A stretch of DNA of 64,000 nt. Source: Tubiluchus corallicola. Taxonomy: Eukaryota; Animalia; Priapulida. Below the pieces are notes generated by a model. It did no database searches, was not told where the DNA came from, and saw nothing but the letters and a program-made list of their open reading frames with translations. The stretch spans positions 568,982-632,981 of the forward strand of contig JAQGDQ010000099.1 of assembly GCA_030141605.1 (NCBI GenBank). Reading direction: 5' to 3'. Both the position numbers and the translations under genes were made by a program. Of the stretch, positions 48,901 through 62,703 are shown piece by piece (the stretch's first letter is position 1; every line of letters starts with the position of its first letter).

Positions 48901-51900
48901 TCTCCAATTATCTTATGCGGTAAATATAAAGACTTATTCATAGCCATTCATAACTCACATTGGATTTTAAGCAGCCTAAGTTACCCAGGTTAAGCATTGT
49001 GAATAATAATTAACAGGGCTTCTGTATATAAACTATCAACTTTAATAAACATAACTAGCCAAACCTGCAAAAAATGTTGTGCATAAACCCACAATGACAA
49101 ACCACACCATGCCACACTTATCACACCATTCATACCATTCCACAGCACACCATACCCATCCACCACACCACACACACCACTTCACCCACAACACATCACA
49201 CCACACGGCTCCATCAACACCACCCACAACACGACACACCCACCACAGTATAGCAACTCAACACCACCCATACCACCAACCACACCATACTCATCACATC
49301 ACACCCACTACACCATACCACACCACCAACACCACACCATGCCAGCTACACCACTCCACCAACAAATAGAACACTATAATCCTATTTTATTCCATACATT
49401 AGTAGCTGATAACTTCTTGCTGTGCATGTATTGAGCATAAAAAGTGTAGAAATTACATTAAATTACATCAAATTCTCAAACTTGAAATCACAGAAACTCA
49501 ACTAGCATGTTTTTAATTAATCTTGAAAGGATTGACTTTTCACGAGGTTTTTAAACGTTGTTATAAGGTTCCCACACGTTTCATCCATCGGCAACATTTT
49601 TTTATCTTTTTGTCTAAGTAAAAATAATCTAATCATGTATGCATTCACTTTCAAAGTGCACTATTTGTGAGTAAGTTTTGAGGCTACGAAGGCAACATTA
49701 TGATGTAGACCCCTGCTGGTTGGTGTTTCCAAGTCTCTCTGTTGGATTCGTGGACTGTGAGAATATTGAAGCAAAGGGGTTCAAGATTTGTGTATGGTAA
49801 TTAAAGAGCTATTATCCTACATGGAGTCAGGAAAAGCAAAAAATATGGAATTTTTTACGTACATTTAAATAAACAAACAATAGCTCAAAGCGGAACATGT
49901 CTTGTAAAATGTCAAAAACCACATACCTCAGGGAAATTCTCCTCCGTCACTCCACTTTCGTGGATATCTTTGATTCCACGTAAGCTTTGCATGTACAAAT
50001 AATCCACTTCTTCCAAATCATCCGCATTAACAGCCATTCCAGCTAGGAGCTTCCAGACCTAGAGGTAAATTTGAACTCATGTTCGAGGTTTTCGAGCATA
50101 AAGATGCTCGCATATCACAAACGTTATTGAAGCAAAAAATTCATCCAACCAAAGTTCTTATTTGAACTTGCTCTATCAGAAAAAAATTAGTTCTTAACTG
50201 TTGATCAAACAGCAGAAATTACTTTGAAAAACTGACACCAATGTATACAGTTTAAAGCACAAGTAAGCACTCTTCATAAATAAAGCTCAAAAAATTGGCT
50301 TGAAGTTTTTTATCAATTACAAAACATCTGTATACAAGGCTTATACTTGCAGTAATGCTGTTTAAAAACTTGTACATTTAAATTCCCGCAATATCCATTA
50401 GGCGCAGCCATTTTAATGGTAAATCGTTTAAAAGTTTAAATAACATAGCATAAAGTTTTAAAAAATAATCAGTGCATTTGCAGCACTTTCTTCGTTAACT
50501 AAGCAAACGTTTAAATTACTTTATTCAGTCAATAAGATCAATAATGTGTTTTTAGGTAAATCAGTCGTGCACACTGGGATGGTGATGCAGTGCCATTTTA
50601 TTGGGTGGCGCAAATATTTTAAATTATTAAAAATTTTCTTTTCCAGTTACATAAGTCTGTCAAAAACGTAAGCGTTAATGCTAAGTAATATAACGTTGTA
50701 TGAAAGTTCTTTGGGATATATTTTAAATTCACCCACCTTCTCCTTTATGTCTTTGCAAAGCTTTACTACAGGTTGAAATGCCTTAATTTAATCAAATTGC
50801 GACACACTTAACTTAAAGCTGACTTACATGTTACAAATATAAATTCAAATGACCTGATACTGCAGTCTCACTAAGGAATATAATTTACCACTGGTTTAAT
50901 TCAGTTTTAATTCTGTTGATTCCCCACTGATAGACTTCTAGTGGCTGATAGTACAAATTTCAGAGTCAAAAGTCAGAGTACCTCTGTGGTGTAATGGCTA
51001 GCATAGGTGCCTGGAAAGCAGAAGATCTTGGATTCATGCCCTAGTGGAGGTGCAAAATTTTTCAGACTTTCTAATTTAGCACTGGTTTTGCGAACTTGTT
51101 TTATTGTTTAATTCTATTTCAATTAATGCAGCATTAATTACTTAGTTACCATTGGTGCTATATGTAGATCAAGCGGTTTCTTAGTTCTGACTGCCACGCC
51201 AAAAAGTACGCCGAGAAACTTAAACATGCTGAGCTGGTCATCTGTTGTAATAGCTGGATTAAATAAAAAACTGAAACGAAATAAAAAACGATATGATAAA
51301 TGTCATAGATGAATGCATTAAAAAGTGTACAGTATAAAATGCTATTAAAATGCTCCCGTTTTTGCACTGCAAAGTACCCCTACGTAATTAGTTAGATACA
51401 GTGAAGTAACTCTACTGCATGCAACTTCTACCATGATGGCGAATTATGCTTATCACAGCTCAACATACCGATCTCGATTATAACCAGCTTCGCTGCTGGC
51501 GTTGGGCGTCGGTATAAGCAATGGAACGATCCCAGCTTCCAGTTCTCCACAAATTTCTGTAATAGTATCGTCGAACACCCCACCTGCATCGTCAGCACCT
51601 TCTCCCACTAGCTTCACCTAACAAAAACCAGGTGTCAGCACAATCCATCAAAAAGAATGTGATATAGATTAACTCTCCCATAATTTTAGATTAACATGAT
51701 GTATAATTAGTTAACTTCATAAATTAATTAAAAACCAATGTAATTCGTTAGTTAATCTAGGAAAACCAACCCTCAGCCAACATTCACTGTATTTCAATAT
51801 AACACTTAAAAATGTGAAAATTACCACATAGTATAGATGCATAAAATGCGTAAGTCAAAGAATGTTAAATCATTCTTATCTCCCTTCAAATGAACTTTGC

Positions 51901-54900
51901 TGCGGACAGCATGAACGCTACAAAGGTATGTGTAGCAAAACTTCTGCAGTTCATACAAAAATTAGTCATTGGATCAATCAGCAACAACTTTAAAGTCCTA
52001 ACGCATCTTTAATCTACAGGATTGTGCCTTAAAATGTGTAAGTACTACACAATATTATTACACATAAGCATGGAATTTTACGAGGCTGCGAGCATACAGT
52101 AGATACCGGGTCGGTTACTAAGTTTTAGAATTCAGTTTTAGCTTGTTAAAATAATTATGCTGCAACTTTGGCTCGATTCCACGTTATTATACTACCATCA
52201 GTAACTTTGTTTTTGCTTAGATAGTGTGCAATTGGATTCATGAGAAAGCAAAAAACAGTATTGATAATTTCTCGTTCAACGTTTTGAATTATTTATAGTT
52301 CATAATAGTTGCAAAAAAAGAATGTGGAAGACGACATGTTTCGTTCAAAATGTGTACGCCAAAGTGACGCGATCGCGACTTTAACTTCATTTTAACAAGA
52401 GGTGCTGATCACAATTTAGTGTTAAAACTTTCTAACATTTTTCTAAAATACTAAAATAAGCTCAACTTCCCGCGTGACTTGGCTTCGTCTTCAAAGACGG
52501 TTGGTGCAAGCGGAATTAGCAAACATGTATGCAAAACACAGGCTTAGCAAACAGAACAATTAAATCAATTACAACTTAAAGCCACACTATAAAAAAGCAT
52601 GCAATTTCCATTAAATAATTTCATACATACGTTAAAATTAAATATATTTATTGATAGCCCTTGTACATAAACGAAATTAAAATGTTAATATTTTCAGATA
52701 ACCCGCTTGCATAATAGTAGTGTAGTAATATGTAATAAACATCATATGAAAAACAAACTTTTAGTAAAAACTATTGTTAGCTTATTAAGCTGAGCAAGTA
52801 GGTGCACAATATTATTAAGATTTTGCGATATTGAGTTATTTATTTTTATTGATTTATTATTTATTCTCTGCCACTTTAATGCTTAATAACTCCTAAGTCT
52901 TGCAAGCCAGGTTCACCAAACTCACAGGGTTGGTAGCCCTGGGCTGGGGATGTACAACAATATAGCAACCGCTGACCACTGGTCAAGGGGGAATGGCAAG
53001 TGGGCGTTGGTCAATTTTTCCTTTATGATTCAACTCCTAGGGCGACAATATTTGGTATATGGTTAGGTGGAGCCAAGTTGTTGGATATGGCAAATCATGG
53101 GTGATTTGGAGGCGGGAAAAATTTTCCGCTAGGAGGCAAAAACCAAAAAATGGAGGTTGGGAACAGAAATGCATCAAGTGTCTTAGAATAGTACCGTGTA
53201 GCACATCAAATGAAAGGTCTCGATGAGACGAGTCGAATGGCAAAGGTTACAATGAGAATTGCTAACCTGCATCCCTGCTAGGGGGCAAAAACTGAAAAAT
53301 TGGGGTCGGGAACAGAAGTGCATCGAGTGTCTATGAATAGTACCATGTAGCATATCAAATGAAAGGTCTTGATGAGGCAAGTCGAATGGTATAGGTTACA
53401 GTGTGAATCGTTAACCTGTGACCCAGTTAGGGGCAAAATAGGGGTCGAGGAGACAAATGCCTTCTAGGATCCATCAAAAGTAGGTTGTTGTGTATCAAAT
53501 GGTCTCAATGAGACAAACTGAATGATATAAGTTATGCCAAGATTGTTGACCTTTGACCTGTGGGTGATGGGCTGAACAGTTAAATCCTGAGGTTTCATTG
53601 TGAAATGCACTTTCCATTTATTCAAGCAATTCAATGATAGAAAATAAGCACTTTCAAAAAAGCTGTCGTTTCTTCATCTTTAAGAACCAATTTTATAACT
53701 ATTGCTGCAAAATCTTCAGTTTTTAACCACGCCAGAAACATTGTCAACTAGTTATTATTATTAATCTTTTATTCGTATAACATTTTGTATAGAAGTGCAG
53801 TTTTAGTACAAATAATTAATTCACTAAGTAATAATTTTTGTTAGTAATTAAAGAAGATGAACATGTTGTCATACATGCCACAAGTAGTTGCTTACACATT
53901 CACAAAATGCTTTTCTAACTTTATTTTAAGAGACTTAGAGAGTAAGTAAGTAAGACAGTAAAGTAAATGATAATTTCAGTACCTTCCAAGCACGAGCGGG
54001 CAACCTCAAATCACTTGGTGTTAGTTTGATTATCTGCTTTGCTATCTGTACAAATATTGGCTTACACTTTTTGCCCCTGAAATAGTAGTTAAATTTATAT
54101 AGTTAAAAATTACAAAATAATTGTCTGATGACAATCAACCTATTTTCTTTAAAGTGAATGCAATATAATTTCCTCAAGATTCAAATCTTATAAACATCAA
54201 CTGTTTTTGAAAGTTCGATAATGTTGGTTGCAAAAGCACAAAAATTCCATGTCTCTTGCCTAGCAACGGAAAAGATAAAGATTAAAGTAACACGTGAATT
54301 GGTACTTACAAGACTTATAATAAGCTGTAATTTTTGTATGATCTAAAACATATGCCATTTTGTACACGTAAATGAAAACACACCTTGTAGCAATTCGTTT
54401 CACTGTTATTTGCGGTCCGTAATTCTTTCCTTGCACCATCGTGCGTCCTATTGCACGGACCATCGGCAGCGTATAGACCCTCGGTGCTAGCAAGGGTCGT
54501 AGGCGACCCTGTGCAAAATGCACAAAAATTAAGTAGTCATTATAAAAGTCATATATTTGTTTGATGCAATGTTGGAATTTTTATTATTTATTACTTTTAC
54601 TTATTTTTACTTTATTTAATTATTTATTTCATATTAATAGTCCCCATAAATGAGCTTTTTCCTTGTGCAGTTTACAACAGTATTAAGAGGTAGAAAATAT
54701 TAAATAATCATTATAAAAAAAGAAACTACAGTAATTATTATTAGATAAAAGAGAGTTTATTCAACTGCTCCACTGTTTTTTGTATATGCATACCTTCTTT
54801 AAATATGTGCTTCCAATTTTTTCCGTTGCTAGATTGTTTATTTTTTGCGGAAAAAGTTACTTTCTACCACGAATAAAAAAAGCACAATGCTACAGTGTGG

Positions 54901-57900
54901 CAACAAAAGGTAGGTTTAGCATAACATGAGCCCACACAGAATTTTCAAATAAAATACAAATTAGCCAAAATTACTAATCGTACACTGTGTGAAAATAAAA
55001 ATTACGTAAATGCTTTAATAAACGACCAGCTTGGGAAACCACAGAATCCACATAATACAGAATCCACTAAATACAGAAGGCATAGCTTTCTATTAAATGA
55101 GCTCTTCAAAGTAGTTTTTCAGACAGAACTTGAAATTATATCAAAATTAGCACAGATACGAACCAGTCCTACATAACCAATAAAACCTAAAATCTCAACA
55201 ACATAAAACATATTTCTACTGCATTAGCACACATATAGGCCAGTCAGACCTAATTAATAAAACCTACCTGCCCAGCAACATAAAACATATCTCTACTGTG
55301 TTAGCACACATACACACCAGTCCTACATATTCAATAAAACCTACCTACCCAACAACATAAAAACATCTCTACTGCATTAGCACACATACACAGCAGTCCT
55401 ACCTAATGAGCAACATAAACAATATAATTATTGTTCACACACCAATCTTACTTAATTGACAAAACATAATCCACACAAAATTCATCTTCATTATTTTATA
55501 GACTATATTATCATCATGTAGAAACATGAACTGATCGAGCAACAATTACGCATGTCAACTCCGAGTCAACGACTCACCTGAATGAGTCCTTCTAGTCCGT
55601 TATTGTACGACGTAATGTTGTTTTGATCCGGGCACAAACTCAACAGCCTCCAGCAGGATAGGACCAGATCTGAGAAATGATGTAGTAGACGTAGTCGTGA
55701 GCACACAGTGTTGATATCACAATCTTTTAGTGCAGAGAACTGTGGCGGTACACTCGTTGGCAAACCTGTCATAACAAAACATTTAGATATATAATTAGTA
55801 TTCAACTCAATTCAATTACCTTTATTCCGCAACATCATCACAATTCTTGAACATCAGAAGTACATAAATTCAATGTGTAATTCATGCAATGTTCAAATTA
55901 TAACGTTATATTTGGCATTGGAAACCTATGAAGCAAATTTACATTAGGTCACCAGAATTAGTAGTGATATAACGACATGTGGCTGATAGTTAGAAAGAGT
56001 TATAACAGATATTAAAAATAATCCATGATTACAATATAAACTAAAGTACAGTACCAACAAATGTTTAAACATTTGTGGCACAAGGAACACTTGATTTGTT
56101 TAAATAGAGGTCTACAGATAAAGTAATGAAGCAGCAGGTAAATATGTTTGTTGCAAAATGTGAAACAAAAAATGCCAACAACACTCAGTAAACTTGTTGC
56201 TGCAGCTGCAGGTGCACAGAGTACCTGAAGCTGAGTATAAAAAACAATTTCACCTAGGATGCTCATCATGGTCAAACCTTGAAAAACTGCACTGATCGAA
56301 TAAAGCAAGCAGCTCACTATTTATCATTATCACTAGTTAAACAATAGTTTTTTCAGGCTTCAACACAAAATTGAAATAAATTTAGAAAATAATATATTTC
56401 ATCTGTGACAACTCATTAATCTTGAAAAGCTGACATACAATTTGAAAGAAAATGCAATTTTTCATATACAGGAAGTTATGTTTATTTCTTGCTTTAGGAA
56501 ATGAAGAAAAGAATCAACAAATTCCAGCAAAAATTTTAGGTATTTCATCAGCTACACATCAGTAGTATCACTATCTAGAAATTTAATACAGGGAAAAGCA
56601 TTCATAATACTCAAATGAGAAGCAAAGTATATCACTATACCTAACTGAAGAGGGACGGGTGTCCCGGGTGCTCGTCGCGGTTGCTTTGGAGCGGTCCATG
56701 CTGCGCTGTGAGTTTTACCAGCAGAAATCTAAAACAAGCAAGTCAGAACATGCATTTACTGTAGGTTTTAAACTACGCAACTCTTCGTTTAGCGACATTT
56801 GGTTTTAACGACACTGAGCATTTGATACTTTTTTCTCACTTAATGGCGCACGTTTTATTTCACTTTGCTGAAAGCCAATTTTCACTATATCAACAACTTT
56901 TTTACTTAATTTGAAGCATTAAAATGGCACATATTGCATTTTAAAAGTGCTTTAGTAATGTAAACAGTGCAATTATTATACATCTTTTTGCTTCCTGACT
57001 GACTACCATGCTAACTGCAGTTTCTATCAAGCAGACCTCTGAACAAACTTTGTGCAAAGTAATTCTACCTGCAACCTGTTCCCATAGCAACCAGACTACG
57101 CAGTAAACGATACAGTGCTCTGGTGCAATACAATTTCCAAGGTTTTCCTTGGCTTTGCCACTGTAGTGTTTATTGTTTAATGGTTGCCTACGCTTACACC
57201 TTAATGAAAGAGAAACCACCAGCTAGGTAAGTATTGGTAAGAAAGATAGGTGGTTTAAAGAAAGCAGAAAGAAATTAATTAGCAGAAACCACAAAGAAAC
57301 TCATAAAACATTTAATTTATATGATTTAAGCAGCATTGATTTTTGTCGCTGGAACGTATCTCAATTCTTCCACATTACATTCTATGGAAGTTTTGGTTTC
57401 GTTTAATGACGTTTCCCTTAAAGTCGCATTTTGCTGGAATGCATTAGCATCATTAAGCAAAGACTTACTGTATCACAAGTAAAATTTTTGATGATTATTT
57501 GATGATATGTTAGTTTAAAAAGAGATTCAATGCCACATAGGTCGATTCAATGCCACATAGGTCAGGAGTGAGTAACTATTTTAAGGAATTAACTGTAAGT
57601 ACAATAAGTCAAATCTCATAATCTCGCTGTAAAAAATTCACTCAATTACTTTTCTAAATTTCCTAACTAATCAGTTGTAGCATGTACACATTGCTAAAAA
57701 ATAGAGATCATGTTCCAGAGCTTTTAGTTAATAAAAAACCCCTACGTACTAAAGTGTACTAGAAAAACTGGGTGCCAAAAATGAAAGGGAATATCATGAA
57801 ATGCACGGTACTTGAAAACACGCAAGTTGTCTAAAGTTTTCAAATAACAATATGATATGAAGTGAAGCAGAACATAATGACCCATTCATAAAACGAAGAA

Positions 57901-60900
57901 TTTAAACTCCCATGATAACCGCTAGGTGCAGCCATTTTAACAGTAAGTTATTTGAAACAAGTTTAGATAATATTGTGTAAAATGTGAAAAATAATCAGAG
58001 CATTTGTATTCATGGTACAGTATTCATTACTGTAGCACAGTCTTCACAAACTAAGCAATAGTTTAAATTACTATATATTGCCGATAAGAAAAATAATGTG
58101 TTTTGGTGAATCAGTGATGTACACTGTGAAGGTGATGCAGTGCAATTTTACCAGGAGGCACAAACATTTTAAATTATTCATAATTTACTTTTTCAATTCA
58201 TAAATCTTTATGGCAGGTCAGCATAGTACTAAGTAATATAACTTTGTATGGAAAGTTCTTTGGGATATACTTTAAAATTCCTTTTCCTTCCCTTTTAGGT
58301 TCTACTTACTTGCTTTATATTTTTCCCACACAATAGAGCAACCAACTGCGGCTCTCTCACGGATTGGGTGTGACCGAGACCAAGCTGGCCATCTGCACTG
58401 TTACCCCAAGCATAGACATCGCCGGCGCTTGTCAAAGCCAAAGTGTGCTCGGCACCAACCGAGACGTCTTCAATCACCACCGATGCCAATGCAGGAACCT
58501 GCTGAGGCTTGTTATGATGACGGCTGCGACTTTCTGGTTGTCCAATCAGACGATCTGGTGCAAAACGAGAACCAATAGCATTAAAGTTGGTAAAAGATTG
58601 TGACAGTGATGCGCTTGCCAGTTTTTGTGAAACACGGGTAGTGTTGAAGTCAGTGTTGTAGTAGAGTGTTTCAGCTCGAGTCCCAAGTTCTTAGTTTTCA
58701 AGCCCCAGACAAGTCTCGAGTCGTAGTGACCAAGTCTGAGACAAGTCTCGAGTCACTGTGGCCAAGTTGGAGTCAAGTCTCGAGTCACTGTGGCCAAGTT
58801 GGAGTCAAGTCTCGAGTCACTGTGGCCAAGTTGGAGTCAAGTCTCGAGTCACTGTGGCCAAGTTGGAGTCAAGTCTCGAGTCACTGTGGCCAAGTGTAAG
58901 CCTGCATCTAGAAACTAGGGATTACACTATAGGTAGAATATACAAACATGACCACAGATAACAAACAGTGACCCAACGTGAGTTCAAATGTTATAGTAAG
59001 TAAGAATGTTGTAATTTACTTAGTTATAAGCTTATAACATGCATAACCGTTGTTTATTTTATCGTCTGTCCAGTTTGAGACACTAGCCAAGTCTCGAGTC
59101 AGAGTCAAGTCACGAGTCATTTACTTCAAGTCTGAGTCTAAAGCAAATTGCGACTGACTAGAGCACTACAACACTGGTGGAAGTTAAGCACAGGTAAATT
59201 GTGAAATGTTGGCTAAGGGTGTCATAGTAACAAATCTTTTGATAGTCATCAAAAGTCTCCAATGTTCATAATTTATTTTACACCTGACAAACTTTAGTGG
59301 TATAGTAAATTGATGATACATAGTGCAGTCTGACTATTCTTTCTAGAAATAACACTAGTGCAAATTCAAGATATAAACTAACAGAATTCATTTTATGAAA
59401 TAATTAAATAGTCTACATGGCAGTTAATGCTATCATACATCTATTAACAAAGTGCTTAGACATGACTTTTTAGGAATCTCCTTAACAAGCAAAATTATTG
59501 CTTAGTTTCAAAATTCACAAAATCATACCTTGTCCAAATGTAAACACTTTGCCATCGTGCGTCAAGGCGACCGTAAACTGAGTCCCACAGCAAATCTTCT
59601 TCACACCCAAACCACACAAGCCTTCAATTTTCTGCAAAACAATCAGTATCAAAAAATAAAAATCAATTAACATTTAAAAAACGTAAATACGTTTATTTAT
59701 ACGCTGATTTCAATCTACAATACCTGTGGCAAAGATTTGGCTGTTGAGTTTCCCAATCCCAGTTTGCCATAATCTCCATCGCCAAAAGCCCAAACTGTGT
59801 TGCCATCAGTGGTCATACAAACCGTATGATTCAAACCACAAGCAACCTGAAAATGCAACGGAACTGCCTTTCATTTGCTGAATGGACATAACCAATCTCT
59901 TTAGGACCATAACTCTTCTATTTCTGTATTTAAATCGTAACATATAATTTAATGTCATGTACTTAAGTTTATTCAAGTCAAATCGAACTACATGTGATGT
60001 AGTCTAATCTAGTATAGTCACATCACTATGCACATCTTTTCTAACTGTTCTAGATTATTATCAACTTGGCCTTTAGGCTTGTCCAGTCCTCTTTGATAAG
60101 GCCCAATCAAATCTAGACTAGCCCAGTTCAGTCCAGTACGTCGAATCCAGTCCAATCTAACATGGTCTAGTCCAGCCCAGTGCAGCCCAGGCCAGTCCAG
60201 TCCAGTCCAGTCAAGCCTGGTGCAGTCCAGTGCAGCCCAGACCAGTCCAGTCCAGTCCAGTCCAATTCAACTCAGTCTAACACAAGTCAACAAATCAAAT
60301 GAAATTAAATCAAATTCAACACAACTCAAACCCACTCAGTTGAACTCAATTCAATTTACACAGCCAATTCAATCTAAATTCAATTCATTAATTTAATTTA
60401 ACATAGTATAACCAATTTAAAATGTACAAAAGTAGTGTGATGCAATTAATCAGAAATAAATTTACAAATCCAACATGGCTCATCTCCAATGCCATCACTC
60501 GTTCTGGAAGTTTCTTATTTGAAGTACTTCCATGACCCAATCGACCGTAGTCACCATTACCAAAGGTAAAGAGCTTGCCATCGGCCGTTACCACCGCACT
60601 GTGTTTAAACCCACACGCCATCTATATAAAACAACAAATTTAACTTAAGCACATTCAACAAAATCTGTCAGGTTACAAAAAAGTGCTTTGTCACACGAGA
60701 AAACTCCTACCTAACCTAAACCTAAGTGTTTACAATCTCAGCACATTGTAGGTTTAAAACCACCATCCTTTTTAAGAGAGGCATTACTTTTTTGGTGAAA
60801 TGAAAAATGTGGAAAACTATTATTAATTTATAATATTAGTGATGCTAGGCAGCTGTAATTAATGCACAAGCCATTTATAAAATACCAAAAATATATTTTA

Positions 60901-62703
60901 TGTTTCAATGTTAGAAACATGGTAAGATAAGAATGTGCTTCATTTGCTTAAATTCAAAAGGGAAATATCTCCTTCCCATTACCCGTAAGGAAAAGCATCG
61001 TCGATAAACAAACACGCTTTACAAAAATAAAACAATAACTTAAAAACAAATTTGAAAGCATATAAAGCTGTTCTGAGAGTTTGATAAGGTGATATAGATA
61101 ATCAGATCATACATAATTGTAATTGTAAGCCAACACTGGTATTGTTATAGGCCTGGTCTCACATAATAAAGGTAATTGTTCGATCCTAAGACACCTCCTT
61201 AAACTAGTAGGTGCAAAGCAACACTCACATGAACAACTTCCTCTCCCTGAAGCGCCTCTATCTGACGTGGACGTCGCTGTCGGTCGCTGTTGCCGTGGCC
61301 TAATTTGCCGTAATCGCCATCGCCCCAGCTAAACACTTCGCCGCTTTCAGTGAGTGCCATACTGTGCCCGTCCGATCCACACGATGTCACCAGATCAACC
61401 ACAACAAATCCTGCAAGAAAGTGTTCAACTTACAAATTGTTATAAAGTTTTTATAACAGTTGCTTCTATATAATGAGCCAGTCAAAGGAAGGCATGCCAT
61501 TAAGTAAACAGCAACATGTTGCAGATTTACTAGTTCTGAAATTTTCCAGTTTAGCTTCAAATCTTCACAGTAGGGCTGCCAACACGAGAAGGCGCGATTA
61601 AACCATTGATCATTAGACTGTGTTCCCCATTATAAGAGGGCAAAACATCAACACAAGTTCTAGCCAGGTCCCATCATGTTTAACTTTAATTCAAAGTTCT
61701 CCAAAAATTCATGTGAGTATGCTGTATTGTTCAAAACAATTGGGTTTCATAGAGGGAAGCAGACTAGCTGTTCACTGAGGGAGAACATATACCATCTGAA
61801 TGTGGCAAGGCACCTCTACCAGTTTTGTGTTTGATATTAGAGGTAAAATGTTAATTGTGAGCAAGGTACTGGTCCAGCTACAAATGCTAACATTAAATAA
61901 ACTATGCCTTTGAAGGAAGATTCCAGCGTAAAACAGTGTATAAACGAGTCACGGGACGAAATATCTCTTACGTTAGACGTTAGAGCCCAATTATTAATGA
62001 CATCACAAAATAACATAATTTTCAACAGCAAAAATATCCATGAGCGTGTTGCACGTTTGCAAAAGCGAAAATTGAAGTACAGCACTACTGTAAGATATTC
62101 AGTGTGTTGTACTGAAACTAGGCAAGTTTTAAGATAAAAATTCAAATGTCAAATTTACCGCTGTGCTCACGCATGAGTTGTTGAATGTGTGTAGTTCGTC
62201 ACAAACTAACACATCTGAGTTGAGATGTACAACAACTGCTTTTGTGCATGTAACAGCGAAGAACTAGTGGCGTAAACTTAAAGTTGTGTTTTTGTGGTAA
62301 TAATTCTTTCATTTTTGAAAAAAATAGTATGTTTCCTTTCAATATTTTAAAGAGAAGATTGTTTTGACCTACAGTTTAAGATTGGGTCTGGTTTTGCTTT
62401 ATGAAGGTATTAACATTCAAGAATTAAAACCAAAAATATGCTTTCACAATTGCTGTTGTTTTAGGTTAAATGCAGCGTACCCAAGCTACTCACAATCTTT
62501 CTTAACTGCAGCAGCACGCAGAATAATTACATCCCATCAATAAGAGCAAAGGAAAAGGTTTTACCTTGTAATGCGGAAATAACTTTCAGAGAATGAAGGT
62601 CATCTGAGTTGCCTTGTCCTAGTCGTCCATAACTTCCTTCCCCACATGCGAGTACAGTGCCGCTTGATTGTATTACAAATGTACAGTTCTGACCACATAT
62701 CAC
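45995..62703 (-). CDS. HERC1: HERC1 E3 ubiquitin ligase, C-terminal 829 aa (5' part lies beyond the window), 17 exons: 62703-62565, 61410-61229, 60621-60466, 59846-59724, 59631-59529, 58554-58310, 56728-56641, 55765-55578, 54508-54384, 54076-53983, 51617-51469, 51270-51150, 50058-49927, 48827-48675, 47796-47663, 47535-47364, 46180-45995
   Basis: RCC1-like repeats ([35 protein letters not shown]) are followed by a HECT domain ([20 protein letters not shown]; [12 protein letters not shown]; catalytic [16 protein letters not shown]). The HERC1-type end is [14 protein letters not shown]. All introns are GT-AG and in phase. Confidence 0.95.
46755..46802 (-). ncRNA. Degenerate second hammerhead-like motif (inverted partner of 47073-47120)
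   Basis: CTGAAGA-T-GACTGC-tagactct-GCAGTA-GAAA-CG-TT on the - strand. The G-C pair closing stem II is lost and stem I is disrupted. Confidence 0.45.
47073..47120 (+). ncRNA. Minimal type I hammerhead-ribozyme-like motif (Penelope-type)
   Basis: CTGACGA-T-GACTGC-cagaccct-GCAGTC-GAAA-CG-TT: intact core boxes, 6-bp stem II and palindromic AACGTT in place of stem III. Stem I is only about 3 bp. Confidence 0.6.
49100..49365. repeat. Low-complexity (CCA/CA)-rich repeat
   Basis: Read directly from the sequence. Confidence 0.9.
50377..50750 (+). repeat. Dispersed repeat family A copy
   Basis: Collinear with 5556-5930. Confidence 0.75.
50980..51055 (+). mobile_element. tRNA-derived SINE head / tRNA-like pseudogene
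   Basis: ACCTCT...AGAGG-like acceptor arms (acctctg/tggaggt), A-box TGGTGTAATGG and a degenerate B-box GGATTCATGCC. The T-loop is not canonical. Confidence 0.5.
52800..53620 (+). mobile_element. Interspersed element with an internal ~149-bp tandem array (Helentron/HINE-like architecture)
   Basis: An ATT-rich microsatellite near one end and about 2.7 copies of a 149-bp unit (GTCGAATGG at 53232 and 53381). The class assignment is an inference. Confidence 0.45.
55160..55420. repeat. Degenerate 77-bp tandem repeat (about 3 copies)
   Basis: CCAGTC anchors at 55163, 55240 and 55317, with a partial fourth near 55394. Confidence 0.75.
57901..58297 (+). repeat. Dispersed repeat family A copy
   Basis: Collinear with 5556-5930; ends about 12 bp from a HERC1 splice donor. 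Confidence 0.75.
58651..59176. mobile_element. hAT-type MITE containing a 32-bp minisatellite (58710-58895)
   Basis: Perfect 12-bp TIR CAGTGTTGTAGT and an 8-bp TSD GTTGAAGT/GTGGAAGT (7/8 match). Unit CAAGTCTCGAGTCACTGTGGCCAAGTTGGAGT: 4 perfect copies plus partial ones. Confidence 0.85.
60100..60390. repeat. Pentanucleotide microsatellite (CCAGT)n grading into (TCAAY)n
   Basis: Read directly from the sequence. Confidence 0.85.
61914..62398 (-). mobile_element. Second copy of the TTAA-flanked element at 19897-20494
   Basis: The reverse complement matches (ACCCAAATCnTAAACTGTAGGT...TCTTTAAAATATTGAAAGGAAACAT; AAAATTATGTTA.TTTGTGATGTCAT). Flanks TTGA/TTAT are each one mismatch from TTAA. Confidence 0.75.

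Noticed and set aside
50980-51055. Functional tRNA gene
   Set aside because: The T-loop/B-box is degenerate and the stems are imperfect; treated as a SINE head or pseudogene.
58710-58895. 32-bp direct repeats resembling a CRISPR array
   Set aside because: The units are contiguous with no unique spacers, lie inside a hAT MITE in a eukaryotic intron, and no cas genes are present.
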